Below are positions 35,156-44,649 of a stretch of DNA of 57,684 bases, piece by piece. Within the stretch, counting starts at the first letter, position 1. Each line of letters starts with the position of its first letter. A program made the position numbers and the translations under genes. Below the pieces are notes generated by a model. That model was not told where the DNA came from, did no database searches, and saw only the letters and a program-made list of their open reading frames with translations. The DNA is from Dehalococcoidia bacterium. Lineage in GTDB: Bacteria > Chloroflexota > Dehalococcoidia > Lucifugimonadales > Australimonadaceae. The stretch lies in NCBI GenBank assembly GCA_021296055.1, contig JAGWBE010000001.1:1-57684 (forward strand), in the 5' to 3' direction.

Positions 35156-36421
35156 GTGCGTGCGCTGGTGTTGGGCGGCGGCGGGCGGGAGCACGCCATC
35201 TTGTGGAAGTTGGCGCAAAGCCCTCGCGCGCCCGAACTCTTCCAAGCCTCCGTCAACCGCACCGCGCACGGCCTGGCGCAGCACGCCGACATCAACCCCG
35301 ACTGCCCGGCGCGTGTCGTCGAGTTCGTCGAGCGGCGTGGCATCGACCTCACCATCGTCGGGCCCGAGCGGCCATTGATGGAAGGCGTTACAGACGCACT
35401 GCGCAAACACGGCCACGCCGTGATGGGGCCGAGCCAGGCGGCGGCGCGCATCGAGTGGAGCAAGGCGTTCGCCAAGGAGGTTATGGCGCAGGCGGGCGTG
35501 CCGACGGCGGCCTCCGAGACGTTCACCGACCCCGACTCGGCCAAGGAGTGCGTCCGCAAGCGCGGCGCGCCCATCGTCGTGAAGGCGGACGGCCTTGCCG
35601 CCGGGAAGGGCGTAACGGTGGCCGCGACGGTGGAAGAAGCGGCGACGGCCATCGACGCGGCTATGACGGCGCGCGTCTTCGGCGACGCGGGCATGTCCGT
35701 CGTGGTCGAGGATTGCCTGGTCGGCGAGGAGGTGAGCGTCTTTTGCTTTACCGACGGCGTGAACGCCTCGCCCCTCATCGCCGCGCGCGACTACAAGCGC
35801 GTCTCCGACGGCGACCAAGGTCCAAACACGGGCGGAATGGGCGGCTACAGCCCTCCGCCTTACTGGGACGCGGCGTTGGAGCGGCGCATACGCGAGACGT
35901 GCATTGAGCAGGTGCTGCGCCAACTCGCCGCTATGGGCACCCCTTTTGCGGGCGTGCTGTTCGGCGGCCTGATGCTGACGGAGGACGGCCCGCAGGTCAT
36001 CGAGTTCAACGCGCGCCTTGGCGACCCGGAGGCGCAGCTCATCCTGCCTCGCCTCGAGAACGACCTGCTCGACGTTGCGGAGGCTGTCGCACATGGCGGC
36101 GTAGGCGCGCTCGACCTGCGCTGGTCGCCGACGGCGACGGTGGGCGTAACGCTCGCGTCGGGCGGCTACCCCGGCACCTACGAGACGGGCAAGCCCATCC
36201 ACGGCCTGGACGCGCTGCCCGACGGCGTAACTCCCTTCTACACGGGCGTAGGCGAGGACGATGTCGGCGCGCCTGTCACGGACGGGGGGCGCGTAGTAAC
36301 GCTCGTCGGCCACGGCGCAACGCACGCGGAGGCGCGCCGCCTCGCCTACGATGCGGCGGCGCAGGTGCGGTTCGCGGGCGCGCATTACCGGCGGGACATC
36401 GCCGCGTTCGCGGGGGAGTAA
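35156..36421 (+). CDS. purD: Phosphoribosylamine-glycine ligase
   Basis: 'VRALVLGGGGREHAILWKL', 'VVKADGLAAGKGV', 'EFNARLGDPE'. I chose the GTG at 35156. Confidence 0.95.
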   Translation: MRALVLGGGGREHAILWKLAQSPRAPELFQASVNRTAHGLAQHADINPDCPARVVEFVERRGIDLTIVGPERPLMEGVTDALRKHGHAVMGPSQAAARIEWSKAFAKEVMAQAGVPTAASETFTDPDSAKECVRKRGAPIVVKADGLAAGKGVTVAATVEEAATAIDAAMTARVFGDAGMSVVVEDCLVGEEVSVFCFTDGVNASPLIAARDYKRVSDGDQGPNTGGMGGYSPPPYWDAALERRIRETCIEQVLRQLAAMGTPFAGVLFGGLMLTEDGPQVIEFNARLGDPEAQLILPRLENDLLDVAEAVAHGGVGALDLRWSPTATVGVTLASGGYPGTYETGKPIHGLDALPDGVTPFYTGVGEDDVGAPVTDGGRVVTLVGHGATHAEARRLAYDAAAQVRFAGAHYRRDIAAFAGE

Positions 36422-36523
36422 GCGACGGAGATGCAGGGGGCGCGCCCCCTGCGACCCCCATAGGGAGAAGAGGCGCCGCTCCCACCGAATAGAGATTGCC
36501 CACCCCACTCCATGCGTCGCGTT

Positions 36524-36552
36524 GTAGGAACAGGTTTGAAACCTGTTCCTAC
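36524..36552. repeat. REP-like palindrome, copy 2 (identical core to copy 1)
   Basis: gtaggaacaggtttgaaacctgttcctac, with 5' flank gcgtcgcgttgta. Confidence 0.85.
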
Positions 36553-36596
36553 GGGCAGAGGAGGGACGCGGCGTAGCAGCCTTTGCCTCCCCTGCC

Positions 36597-37553
36597 CTAC
36601 GCGTCGATCACCTCGCGCTTCAGGAGGGCTAGCTGTTGCCGGCGGGCTTCGCCGCGTGCGAAGAGGAAGCAGTAGAGGCGCTCGACGCCCTCGCTCCGCA
36701 GTTGGTTGACGCGCTCGACGACGGAGGCAGGCGTTCCCGCGAGGGCGAGGTGGCCGACCAACTCCTTGGCGGCGGCGGGGTCTACCGCGGCGGGGTCGGA
36801 CTCCTCAGGAACGGAGAGGCCAACGGCTTGGAGGCCGTCGTTGAAGAAGCCCATCTTGAGCCAGGTGAACACCACGGGCCAGACGCGCGCGTGTGCGGCC
36901 TCAGGGTCGTCGTCGATGGAGACGGCGGCGTTGTAGGTTACGGGGATGGAGGCGGGGTCGCGTCCGGCGGCTGCGGCGCCCTCGGCGATGCGCTTGGCCG
37001 ATTGCGCGCGGAAGGGCGCGCTGAGGCCCGCGAGCAGCATCGCCTCGTCGCCCAACTCGCCCGCCGTGCGCAGAGCTCGCGGGCCGCTGGCCGTCACCAT
37101 TAGCGGCGGGGGCGGCTCGGCGGGGTCTTCGATGCGACCGTTGGGGTTCGTGCCAAACGGGACGGTCTCGCCGTGGAGCAGGGCTCGGATGGAGACGAGC
37201 GCGTCGCGGAAGGCCTGGACGGTGGCGGGGGTGGTGCCGAGGTTCTGAATCACGCTGTCGCCAGTGCCGATGCCCATCTTGGTGCGGCCGGGGTAGAGCT
37301 CGGCGAGCGTGTTGGCGACGACGGCGAGGTGGAAGGGGTGGCGCGACTTGGGGTTGGTTACGGCGGTGTAGAGGGAGATGGCGCTGGTGCGGGCGGCGGC
37401 AAGGCCGAGGATAACGAAGGTGTCCTTGCCGTCCTCCACGTGGTCGGCGACGCCGGTTCCGGCGAAGCCGAGTTGCTCGGCCTGCTCGATGGCGGCGATC
37501 TGGTCGGCGATGGAGCCGCCGGGGCCGGTGGCGAGGTGCAGTTCGAAGGGCAT
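36597..37553 (-). CDS. LLM-class (luciferase-like) flavin/F420-dependent oxidoreductase
   Basis: 'MPFELHLATGPGGSIADQIAAIEQAEQLGFAGTGVADHV...', 318 aa. The ATG at 37553 lies 1 nt after the TRAP permease stop. Confidence 0.8.
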   Translation of the reverse strand: MPFELHLATGPGGSIADQIAAIEQAEQLGFAGTGVADHVEDGKDTFVILGLAAARTSAISLYTAVTNPKSRHPFHLAVVANTLAELYPGRTKMGIGTGDSVIQNLGTTPATVQAFRDALVSIRALLHGETVPFGTNPNGRIEDPAEPPPPLMVTASGPRALRTAGELGDEAMLLAGLSAPFRAQSAKRIAEGAAAAGRDPASIPVTYNAAVSIDDDPEAAHARVWPVVFTWLKMGFFNDGLQAVGLSVPEESDPAAVDPAAAKELVGHLALAGTPASVVERVNQLRSEGVERLYCFLFARGEARRQQLALLKREVIDA

Positions 37554-37554
37554 A

Positions 37555-39726
37555 TCAGCTGTCTCCTTGGGCGGTCGGGGTTGGTTCGAGCGTTGCCTGG
37601 GACGCGGGGCGCAGCTTGCCGTAGATGATAGCCGCGGCGGCGAGGGCGATGGTGAGCAGCGGGGCGATGAGCAGCGCCGCCCCGTTGCTGCGCAGCAGCG
37701 CGTAGAAGGATACCCCGCCCACCACGTAGAAGGCGGCGCGGCCAACGGGCGGCAACATCGCGCCCACCCAGCCGCCGCTCGCCATCTGTATGCCGATGAG
37801 CACGATGGCTAGGGAGAGAACCACCGGCAGCGTGGCGAGGCCGTTGTCGGGGATGTTCTGCAGCAGCAGCAAATCGTCCGGCGCCAGCAGCAGCACGATG
37901 GGGAAGACGTAGAAGGGCCACGCCATCTTCACCAGCTGCCACGAGACCTTGCCGTAGGTCGTGCCGGCGAGCGCCGCCGCCACCAGCGCGCTGCCCGCCA
38001 CCGGCGGCACGATGAGGCTCAGCGATCCCATGTAGAAGGCGACGAAGTGCGACGCGCGCACGTCCACGCCCATGCCCGCCAAGATCGGCACGAAGGTCAC
38101 CGTAACCAGGAAGTAGATAGCCAGGTTGGGCAGTCCGGCGGCCATGATGACCGACAGGAAGATGAGCAGCGCGCCCGCCAGCGCCACGCTGCCGCCGCTC
38201 AGGTCCTCCACGATGCCGCCGAAGCGCGTCCCCACGCCCGTATGTCCGATGGTGTCGGCGAGGATGGTTACGATGACCAGCACGACGGAGACGGCGCTGG
38301 CGTAGAAGGCGGCGTTCTTCATCCCGCTCGACCAGACGGACCACCGCGTCTCCACGCGCAGGATTACGCCCAGCATCAGCGTCGCCATCAGCGCGGCGGG
38401 AACCGCCGTCCGCAGCGTGAACCCCTCCAGCACCAGGGCGATGATGATGCCCACGGGGACGGCGGCTATGGCCGCCGAGCGCACGTACATCCCCATCGGG
38501 CTGCGCGTGAGGAGCGCCAGCGCGACGGAGGCCAAGACGCCGCCTAATACCATCACGAAGGCGGACATCAGCACCGGAAACGCGCCGTCGCCAAAGAGCA
38601 GCCAAGGGAATATGCGGATGGTGGTGAGGTTCAGCAACAGCAACAGCAGCGGGACGAACACGAACAGCGCGCCGCGCACGTAGGGCCATGGCTTCTGGTC
38701 GGCTTGCGGCTGGGCGGCGGCCTCCTCCGCCGTCGCCTCCACCCGTTTGATGCGGTGGGCGTTGCGCTTGGCATGGCCGATGATGTAGGCCGCCGTGCCG
38801 ATGTACCACATCGCGGCGGGGATGATGGCCATGCGGATGACCTCAAGGTAGCTGATGCCCAGGAGGTTCGCCATGACGAAGGCGACGATGCCCAGGATGG
38901 GCGGCGTGATGGTGGACGCGTTTGAGGCGACGCCCTCGATGCCGCCGCCCTCCTCCGGCGTGTAGCCGCCACGCACCATCGCGGGGATGGTGATGGGGCC
39001 GGTGATCGCCACGTTGTTCGGTCCTGCGCCGACGAAGGAGCCGGCGATGCCGGACGCAATCAGCGCGCCCATCGCGGGGCCGCCCACTAGGCGGCGTGAA
39101 AAGGCGCGCGCCATGCCCACTACGACGAGACTCGCGCCCGCCGCCGCCAATAGGATGCCCCAGAAGATGAGGAGCCACAGGAACCGCGAGGCCTGGTCGA
39201 CAACGGCGGTGTGCTGCTTCTGGACGATGCGCGTGAGCACCTCCCACGCCTCGAAGTCGGCGCCCCGCAGGAAGCCAGGCATGAAGCCCGCCGTGAAATG
39301 GTAGGTGATGAAGATCACGCCAAGGATGGGGAAAACCCACCCGAAGTACATATAGGAGACGGCGAGCACCGAGAGAAAGATCAGCATCCCCAGGATGATG
39401 TCCGGCCACGTGCCGAAGCGCGGGCGCAGGAAGAAATCCTCCGCGCCTTGGAAGAAGTAGTACTCGGCGATGGCGACGCCGATCATCAGCAGGGCGGCGA
39501 TGACCCAGCGCGGTGTCGTGCGCTTGCGCATCACGAAGCCAAACAAGCCAATCCAGATGGCGAACGCGAGGTGGGCGTTCTGGTAGGCCTGGACGGGCGG
39601 GTCCCACCGGAACTGGCCGAGGCCCATCGCCAGCATCGCCGCGAGCGACAACCAGAACATGCCCGTTACTACGGCGTCGAGGCGGTCGGGCTTCCTCTCC
39701 TGATGCGCGCCCCTGTCTTCTGCCAC
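37555..39726 (-). CDS. TRAP transporter fused permease (TAXI-type 4TM/12TM fusion)
   Basis: 723 aa and highly polytopic. 'GTWPDIILGMLIFLSVLAVSYMYFGWVFPILGVIFITYHF', 'GGPAMGALIASGIAGSFVGAGPNNVAITGPITIPAM'. Confidence 0.85.
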   Translation of the reverse strand: MAEDRGAHQERKPDRLDAVVTGMFWLSLAAMLAMGLGQFRWDPPVQAYQNAHLAFAIWIGLFGFVMRKRTTPRWVIAALLMIGVAIAEYYFFQGAEDFFLRPRFGTWPDIILGMLIFLSVLAVSYMYFGWVFPILGVIFITYHFTAGFMPGFLRGADFEAWEVLTRIVQKQHTAVVDQASRFLWLLIFWGILLAAAGASLVVVGMARAFSRRLVGGPAMGALIASGIAGSFVGAGPNNVAITGPITIPAMVRGGYTPEEGGGIEGVASNASTITPPILGIVAFVMANLLGISYLEVIRMAIIPAAMWYIGTAAYIIGHAKRNAHRIKRVEATAEEAAAQPQADQKPWPYVRGALFVFVPLLLLLLNLTTIRIFPWLLFGDGAFPVLMSAFVMVLGGVLASVALALLTRSPMGMYVRSAAIAAVPVGIIIALVLEGFTLRTAVPAALMATLMLGVILRVETRWSVWSSGMKNAAFYASAVSVVLVIVTILADTIGHTGVGTRFGGIVEDLSGGSVALAGALLIFLSVIMAAGLPNLAIYFLVTVTFVPILAGMGVDVRASHFVAFYMGSLSLIVPPVAGSALVAAALAGTTYGKVSWQLVKMAWPFYVFPIVLLLAPDDLLLLQNIPDNGLATLPVVLSLAIVLIGIQMASGGWVGAMLPPVGRAAFYVVGGVSFYALLRSNGAALLIAPLLTIALAAAAIIYGKLRPASQATLEPTPTAQGDS

Positions 39727-39806
39727 GCCTATCTCCCATGCCGAGCGCGGCGCCCCGGCTAGCAGGCGGCATTATAAGCAGCGGGGCGCGCCGGGGCGAA
39801 CGGGGC

Positions 39807-40043
39807 TCAGCCGCGCGGCGGTTCCTCCTCCGGCAGCGGCTCGAAGAACTCGGGGCCGACCGTGACCAGACCCTTCCACGCGCCCGGCTGCCGCTTGCCC
39901 GATCGCTTATGCGACGGCTTGTACGGCTCTAGTCGCGCGACCGGCGCCCCGTTCCGGGCGATAATCACCTGTTCGCCCTGTTCCATCAGCGCCAGCAGCG
40001 CCGACAGGTGCGTCTTCGCCTTATGAATGTTCACCGTAACCAC
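39807..40043 (-). CDS. Phd/YefM-family type II antitoxin (no toxin gene adjacent)
   Basis: 'MVTVNIHKAKTHLSALLALMEQGEQVIIARNGAPVARLEPY' is the canonical Phd N-terminus. The C-terminal 'GPEFFEPLPEEE' tail is typical of PIN-partnered antitoxins. Confidence 0.8.
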   Translation of the reverse strand: MVTVNIHKAKTHLSALLALMEQGEQVIIARNGAPVARLEPYKPSHKRSGKRQPGAWKGLVTVGPEFFEPLPEEEPPRG

Positions 40044-40162
40044 GGCAGCCCTTCTTTGCGGAATTCGTAATTCTAGATTAGCACGTCCGCCCGGCGCCTC
40101 TTGCGGCTTGAGCTCCTTACGGGGAGCTTTGCGAACCCTCCGCCCGCCAGGCGCGTTGCGTT

Positions 40163-40191
40163 GTAGGGACAGATTTGAAACCTGTCCCTAC
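40163..40191. repeat. REP-like palindrome, copy 3 (GTAGGGACAGATTTGAAACCTGTCCCTAC)
   Basis: One arm mismatch. 5' flank gcgcgttgcgttgta. Confidence 0.8.
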
Positions 40192-40231
40192 AGAAAAGAT
40201 ACGGGGGACGCCGCGCTTTCGCCCGCCCTTG

Positions 40232-41518
40232 TTACGCCGCGACCATCGCGGCTTCCCTGCCCTCTTGCGTAGCGACGTTGAGACAGCGCAGGCGCGCGCT
40301 CAGCGTCCACGCCGCGCCCGCGTTGAGGAACACCAGGGCGCCGCCCAGGGCCAGCGCCAGCGGCGCGCCGATGATCCCGGCGATGAAGTTCAGGCCCGCC
40401 GCGCCGATGGTCGGCAGTATCCACGACAGCCCCCACAGGCTCATCACGCGCCCGCGAAGCTCGTCGGGGACGAGCGTCTGCATCGTCACCTCGACGGCCA
40501 TCATGAAGGCGAGGGACCCCCCGCCGATGAGCACTTGGAGCGCCGCGCCCGCCCAAAGATTGCTCGTGAAGGCGAAGGCGGTCAGCGACGCGCCGAACAG
40601 CATCCCCTGGAGCGCCATCGCCTTGCCGGTCGGGACACGGCGGAGCACGGCGGGCGTGGTCAGCACCGCGATGAATGAACCCACGCCCCCACTCGCCCAC
40701 AGCAGCGACAGCCCCGACGGCCCCGTCTCCAGCACCTCGCCCGCGAACACGGGCAGCACGAAGATATAGCCCAGCCCGGACAGCGAGCTGACGTAGGTCA
40801 TGCCGATGACGATGCGGAAGAGGGGTTGGCGGCGCACGTAGCCTAGCCCCTCGGCCAGGTTGCGCAGCACGCTCGCCCGGCCAACCACTTTGCCCGGCGC
40901 GACGGAGACACGCAGGATAAGGGCGGACATCACGAGGAAGGTCGCGGCGCTCAGCGCGAAGGCGGGCCCGGCGCCCTGGTTCGGCCCCGCTCCCGCGTAG
41001 GCGACCACCGCCCCGCCAATCGCCGGCGCGATGGGCCGTGCGAACTGCCACGTCATCGCGTTCAGCGGCACCGCTTGCGACAGCAGCGAGCGGTCGGGCA
41101 GCAGACGCGGGTAGAGCACCTGGCGGCTCGGCTGGTCGAACGACTGCGCGACCCCCGTCAGAAAGGCGGCCAGCAGCAGGTGCCACGGCTCCACCAAGCC
41201 AAGGATGGTCAGCGCCGCTAGCCCCGCCACTACAACCGCCGCGAACGCCTGCGACCCGGCGATGACGCGCCTTTGGTCGAGCCGGTCGGCGAACACGCCC
41301 CCGAACAGCGCCACCAGCAGCTGCGGCAGGCCTAGGAACAGCGTGACGGAGCCGACGAAGGCGGGCGATTCGGTCAAATGGAAGGAGAGCCAGCCGATGG
41401 TGAACCACAGCATCTGCTGGCCAACCACCTGCGACAGCAGTCCCGCCCAGTAGAGGCGGAAGTCGCGGTGGCGCAACACGGCGAACAGGTGGAACTGCGC
41501 GGCGACGGCGGAGAGCAT
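40232..41518 (-). CDS. MFS transporter (MFS_3 / EntS-like)
   Basis: 'FAVLRHRDFRLYWAGLLSQVVGQQMLWFTIGWL', 428 aa, about 12 TM segments. Confidence 0.85.
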   Translation of the reverse strand: MLSAVAAQFHLFAVLRHRDFRLYWAGLLSQVVGQQMLWFTIGWLSFHLTESPAFVGSVTLFLGLPQLLVALFGGVFADRLDQRRVIAGSQAFAAVVVAGLAALTILGLVEPWHLLLAAFLTGVAQSFDQPSRQVLYPRLLPDRSLLSQAVPLNAMTWQFARPIAPAIGGAVVAYAGAGPNQGAGPAFALSAATFLVMSALILRVSVAPGKVVGRASVLRNLAEGLGYVRRQPLFRIVIGMTYVSSLSGLGYIFVLPVFAGEVLETGPSGLSLLWASGGVGSFIAVLTTPAVLRRVPTGKAMALQGMLFGASLTAFAFTSNLWAGAALQVLIGGGSLAFMMAVEVTMQTLVPDELRGRVMSLWGLSWILPTIGAAGLNFIAGIIGAPLALALGGALVFLNAGAAWTLSARLRCLNVATQEGREAAMVAA

Positions 41519-41624
41519 CAGGCGCGTAGTGTATACGCGGCGCCCTCGCGCTCCCCTGCCCGCCTGCTAAGAAGGCCGTTGCGTAATCGGCGCATCCGGC
41601 GCATCCGGCGCGTAGCCTCCTCCT

Positions 41625-41653
41625 GTAGGGGCAGGTTTGAAACCTGTCCCTAC
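41625..41653. repeat. REP-like palindrome, copy 4 (GTAGGGGCAGGTTTGAAACCTGTCCCTAC)
   Basis: It is preceded by the short tandem cgcatccggc gcatccggc (41591..41609) and by a solo MITE-type terminus (41578..41588). Confidence 0.8.
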
Positions 41654-41773
41654 AGCGCAATTGCGGAGCGGGCGCCGGGCAATCCCTACGCAGCGGGCTC
41701 CCAGCGGTCACCCAACAGCCTCCCTTCGCGTGGGCGACACAGTGGGAGCGGGAACGACGGATAGGGGCGCCGG

Positions 41774-41803
41774 TTGACGATAGGGGCGGCGCGCGCCTAC
41801 GCT
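41774..41803 (+). promoter_or_regulatory. Candidate sigma70-type promoter of the pur cluster
   Basis: TTGACG (41774..41779), an 18-nt spacer, then TACGCT (41798..41803), about 50 nt upstream of the purE ATG. Pattern match only. Confidence 0.3.
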
Positions 41804-41851
41804 AGCCGTACGCGGGGCGCCGCCCCGGACACCCATCAGGAGAACCGAGAT

Positions 41852-42310
41852 ATGCCACTCGTCGGCGTGCTTGTTGGGAGCGCCAGCGACAAGGAGACCG
41901 TCCAGCACACGATGGACACGCTGGCGCAGTTCGGCGTAGAGGCGGAGCTGACCGTCGCCTCCGCGCACAGGAACCCCGACGCGGTGCGCGCCTACGTAGA
42001 GGAGGCGCCCGCGCGCGGCGTGGAGGTGTTCATCGCGGCGGCAGGCGGCGCGGCGGCGTTGCCGGGCGTCGTCGCCTCCCTCACCACCCTGCCTGTCATC
42101 GGCGTCCCGCTCGCGTCGTCGGAGTTGCGTGGCGAGGACGCGCTCTACTCCATCGTCCAGATGCCCCCTGGGATACCGGTGGCGACGGTCGCCATCGGCT
42201 CGTGGGGCGCGCGCAACGCGGCCATCCTGGCTACGCAGATTCTGGCGCTCAAGTATGGTAGCCTGCGCGAGGCGCTGGACGCGCACAGGCGGCGTCTCCG
42301 CGAGCGCTGA
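41852..42310 (+). CDS. purE: 5-(carboxyamino)imidazole ribonucleotide mutase
   Basis: 'VGVLVGSASD', 'VASAHRNPD', 'FIAAAGGAAALPGVVAS.TTLPVIGVP'. An AGGAG Shine-Dalgarno precedes the ATG at 41852. Confidence 0.95.
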   Translation: MPLVGVLVGSASDKETVQHTMDTLAQFGVEAELTVASAHRNPDAVRAYVEEAPARGVEVFIAAAGGAAALPGVVASLTTLPVIGVPLASSELRGEDALYSIVQMPPGIPVATVAIGSWGARNAAILATQILALKYGSLREALDAHRRRLRER

Positions 42311-42431
42311 GCCACCCGACGATGGGCCGACACTTCCGCCTCCGAACAACCGCCGCGACTCCCTCGCCTTTGCGTCTCTACGCTATCCCCGCCCTGTCCA
42401 ACTGCGCCTCCGCGCTCCCGGAGCGCCGCCC

Positions 42432-43748
42432 GTGATTCCCCGCTACTCGCGCCCCGAGATGGCCGCCGTATGGTCGGACGCGGGCATGTACGACCGCTGG
42501 CTGGCCGTGGAGGTGGCGGTGTGCGAGGCGTGGACGAACGAGGGCACGATCCCGCCGGAGGACATGGAGAAGATACGCGGCGCGCGCTACGACTTCGCGC
42601 TGATGGAGGCGGAGTTGGCGCGCACCAAGCACGACGTCAACTCCTTCCTCTTGTCAATCGCGCCGAGCCTGGGCGCCGAGGGGCGCTGGATCCACCTCGG
42701 TCTCACCTCCAACGACGTGAAAGACACCGCGCTCGGGATGCAGTTGCGCGACGCGGGCGCGATCCTGCTGGCGGACGCGGACAGGCTTATCGAGGTGCTG
42801 GGCGAACGCGCCGTCGAGTTCAAGCACACGCTCCAGATGGGGCGCACGCACGGCGTCCACGCCGAACCCATCACCTTCGGCCTCAAACTGGCGCTGTGGC
42901 GCGAGGAGATGCTCCGCAACCGCGAGCGCCTCGCCGACGCGCAGGCCCAGGTCGCCGTCGGCAAGGCGTCGGGCGCCGTGGGCAGCCACGCCACCATCCC
43001 TCCCCAGGTGGAGGAGGACGCGTGCGCCGCCTTGGGCCTCGCCGTCGCGCCGCTGTCCAACCAAGTCGTGCAGCGCGACCGCCACGCCCAGTTCGTAACC
43101 GCGCTGGCCATCGCCGCCGCGTCGTTGGAGAAGTTCGCCACGGAAATACGGGGCTTGCAGCGCACGGAGGTGCGCGAAGTGGAGGAGTTCTTCGGCGAGG
43201 GGCAGATGGGCTCGTCGGCGATGCCCCACAAGCGCAACCCCGAGCTGTCGGAACGCGTGTGCGGCCTCGCCCGCCTCATCCGCGGCCACGCCGTAACCGC
43301 CCTCGAGAACGTCGCGCTGTGGCACGAGCGCGACATCAGCCACTCGTCCGCCGAGCGCGTCATCCTGCCCGACGCCTGTCTCGCGCTGGACTACGCGCTC
43401 GACCTATTCACGGGGGTAATGGCCGAGCTGCGCGTCTTCCCGGAGCGTATGCTTGTGAACGTGGAGTCGACGCGCGGGCTGGTCTTCACACAGCGCGTTA
43501 TGCTTGCGCTGGTGGAGCGGGGCATGGGGCGGCAAGAGGCGTACCGCCTCCAGCAGGCCCACGCCCACGCCGCTTGGGACGAGGGCGCGGACTTCCGCGA
43601 GTTGACGCGCGCCGATCCGCAGGTCCGCGAGCGCTTCACGCCGGAGGAGTTGGACGCGCTGTTCGACTACGCCTACTACACTCGCCACGTGGACGCGCTG
43701 TTCGCCCGCGTCGGCCTAGGAGAACGCCGTGCAGCCGCTACTCGATAG
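42432..43748 (+). CDS. purB: Adenylosuccinate lyase
   Basis: 'VIPRYSRPEMAAVWSD', 'LGLTSNDV', 'GSSAMPHKRNP'. I chose the GTG at 42432. Confidence 0.95.
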   Translation: MIPRYSRPEMAAVWSDAGMYDRWLAVEVAVCEAWTNEGTIPPEDMEKIRGARYDFALMEAELARTKHDVNSFLLSIAPSLGAEGRWIHLGLTSNDVKDTALGMQLRDAGAILLADADRLIEVLGERAVEFKHTLQMGRTHGVHAEPITFGLKLALWREEMLRNRERLADAQAQVAVGKASGAVGSHATIPPQVEEDACAALGLAVAPLSNQVVQRDRHAQFVTALAIAAASLEKFATEIRGLQRTEVREVEEFFGEGQMGSSAMPHKRNPELSERVCGLARLIRGHAVTALENVALWHERDISHSSAERVILPDACLALDYALDLFTGVMAELRVFPERMLVNVESTRGLVFTQRVMLALVERGMGRQEAYRLQQAHAHAAWDEGADFRELTRADPQVRERFTPEELDALFDYAYYTRHVDALFARVGLGERRAAATR

Positions 43749-44634
43749 CGCCCTGCCCGACCCGCAGTATCGGGGCAAGGTGCGCGACACCTACGAGATC
43801 GACGACCGCCACTTCCTGATGGTCGCCACCGACCGCATCTCCGCGTTCGACGTGGTGCTGCCCAACGGCGTGCCCGACAAGGGCTACGTGCTCAGCCGCC
43901 TCTCGCGCTTCTGGTTCGACCGCACACGCCACATCGTCCCCAACCACCTCGTCGGCCTGGCGGACGACGCGGCGGCGCTGGGCGACTTGGCGGCGCATCC
44001 GCGCCTCGCCGGCCTGCCCTCCCACGTGGCGCGGCAGGCGATGGTCGTGCGCCGCGCAGAGCGCATCGACGTCGAGTGCGTCGTCCGCGCCTACCTCACC
44101 GGCTCCGCCCTCGCCGAGTACCGCCGCAGCGGAACCATCTTCGGCCTGCCCGCCCCCTCCGGCCTCACCGACGGCGACCGCTTGCCCGAGCTGATGTTCA
44201 CCCCCACCACCAAGGCCGAGACCGGCCACGACGAGCCGATGTCCATGGCCGAGGTGGAGGCGATGACGGGCGCGGAGACGGCGCGGCGTCTGCGCGACAC
44301 CTCCTTCGCCGTCTTCCAGTGGGCGCACGACCACGCCCGAGACATGGGCATCATCATTGCCGACACCAAGTTCGAGTTCGGCTGGGTGGACGGCGAGCTG
44401 ACGCTCATCGACGAGGTGCTCACGCCCGATTCCAGCCGCTTCTGGGACGCGGAGGGCTACGCGCCCGGCAAATCGCAGCCCAACTTCGACAAGCAGTTCG
44501 TCCGCGACTGGCTCATCGAGGCGGGCTGGAACCGCGAGCCGCCCGCGCCCGCGCTCCCCGACGACGTGGTCGCCAAGACGCGCGAGCGCTACCTCGAAGC
44601 CTACCGCCGCCTCGTGGGCGAGCCGCTGGCCTAG
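43729..44634 (+). CDS. purC: Phosphoribosylaminoimidazole-succinocarboxamide synthase
   Basis: 'YRGKVRDTYEI', 'ATDRISAFDVVL', 'IIADTKFEFG'. GTG start; overlaps purB by 20 nt. Confidence 0.95.
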   Translation: MQPLLDSALPDPQYRGKVRDTYEIDDRHFLMVATDRISAFDVVLPNGVPDKGYVLSRLSRFWFDRTRHIVPNHLVGLADDAAALGDLAAHPRLAGLPSHVARQAMVVRRAERIDVECVVRAYLTGSALAEYRRSGTIFGLPAPSGLTDGDRLPELMFTPTTKAETGHDEPMSMAEVEAMTGAETARRLRDTSFAVFQWAHDHARDMGIIIADTKFEFGWVDGELTLIDEVLTPDSSRFWDAEGYAPGKSQPNFDKQFVRDWLIEAGWNREPPAPALPDDVVAKTRERYLEAYRRLVGEPLA

Positions 44635-44649
44635 GCGGGAGAGCCGAGC

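Noticed and set aside
39513-39932. A 139-aa plus-strand ORF as the possible missing toxin partner of the Phd antitoxin
   Set aside because: It is antisense to the antitoxin and to the TRAP permease N-terminus, it is Arg/Ser/Pro-rich, and it has no PIN, RelE or Doc motifs.
41591-41609. The short tandem CGCATCCGGC GCATCCGGC
   Set aside because: There are only two units, so it is too short to interpret. I noted it as part of the repeat-rich MFS/purE spacer.
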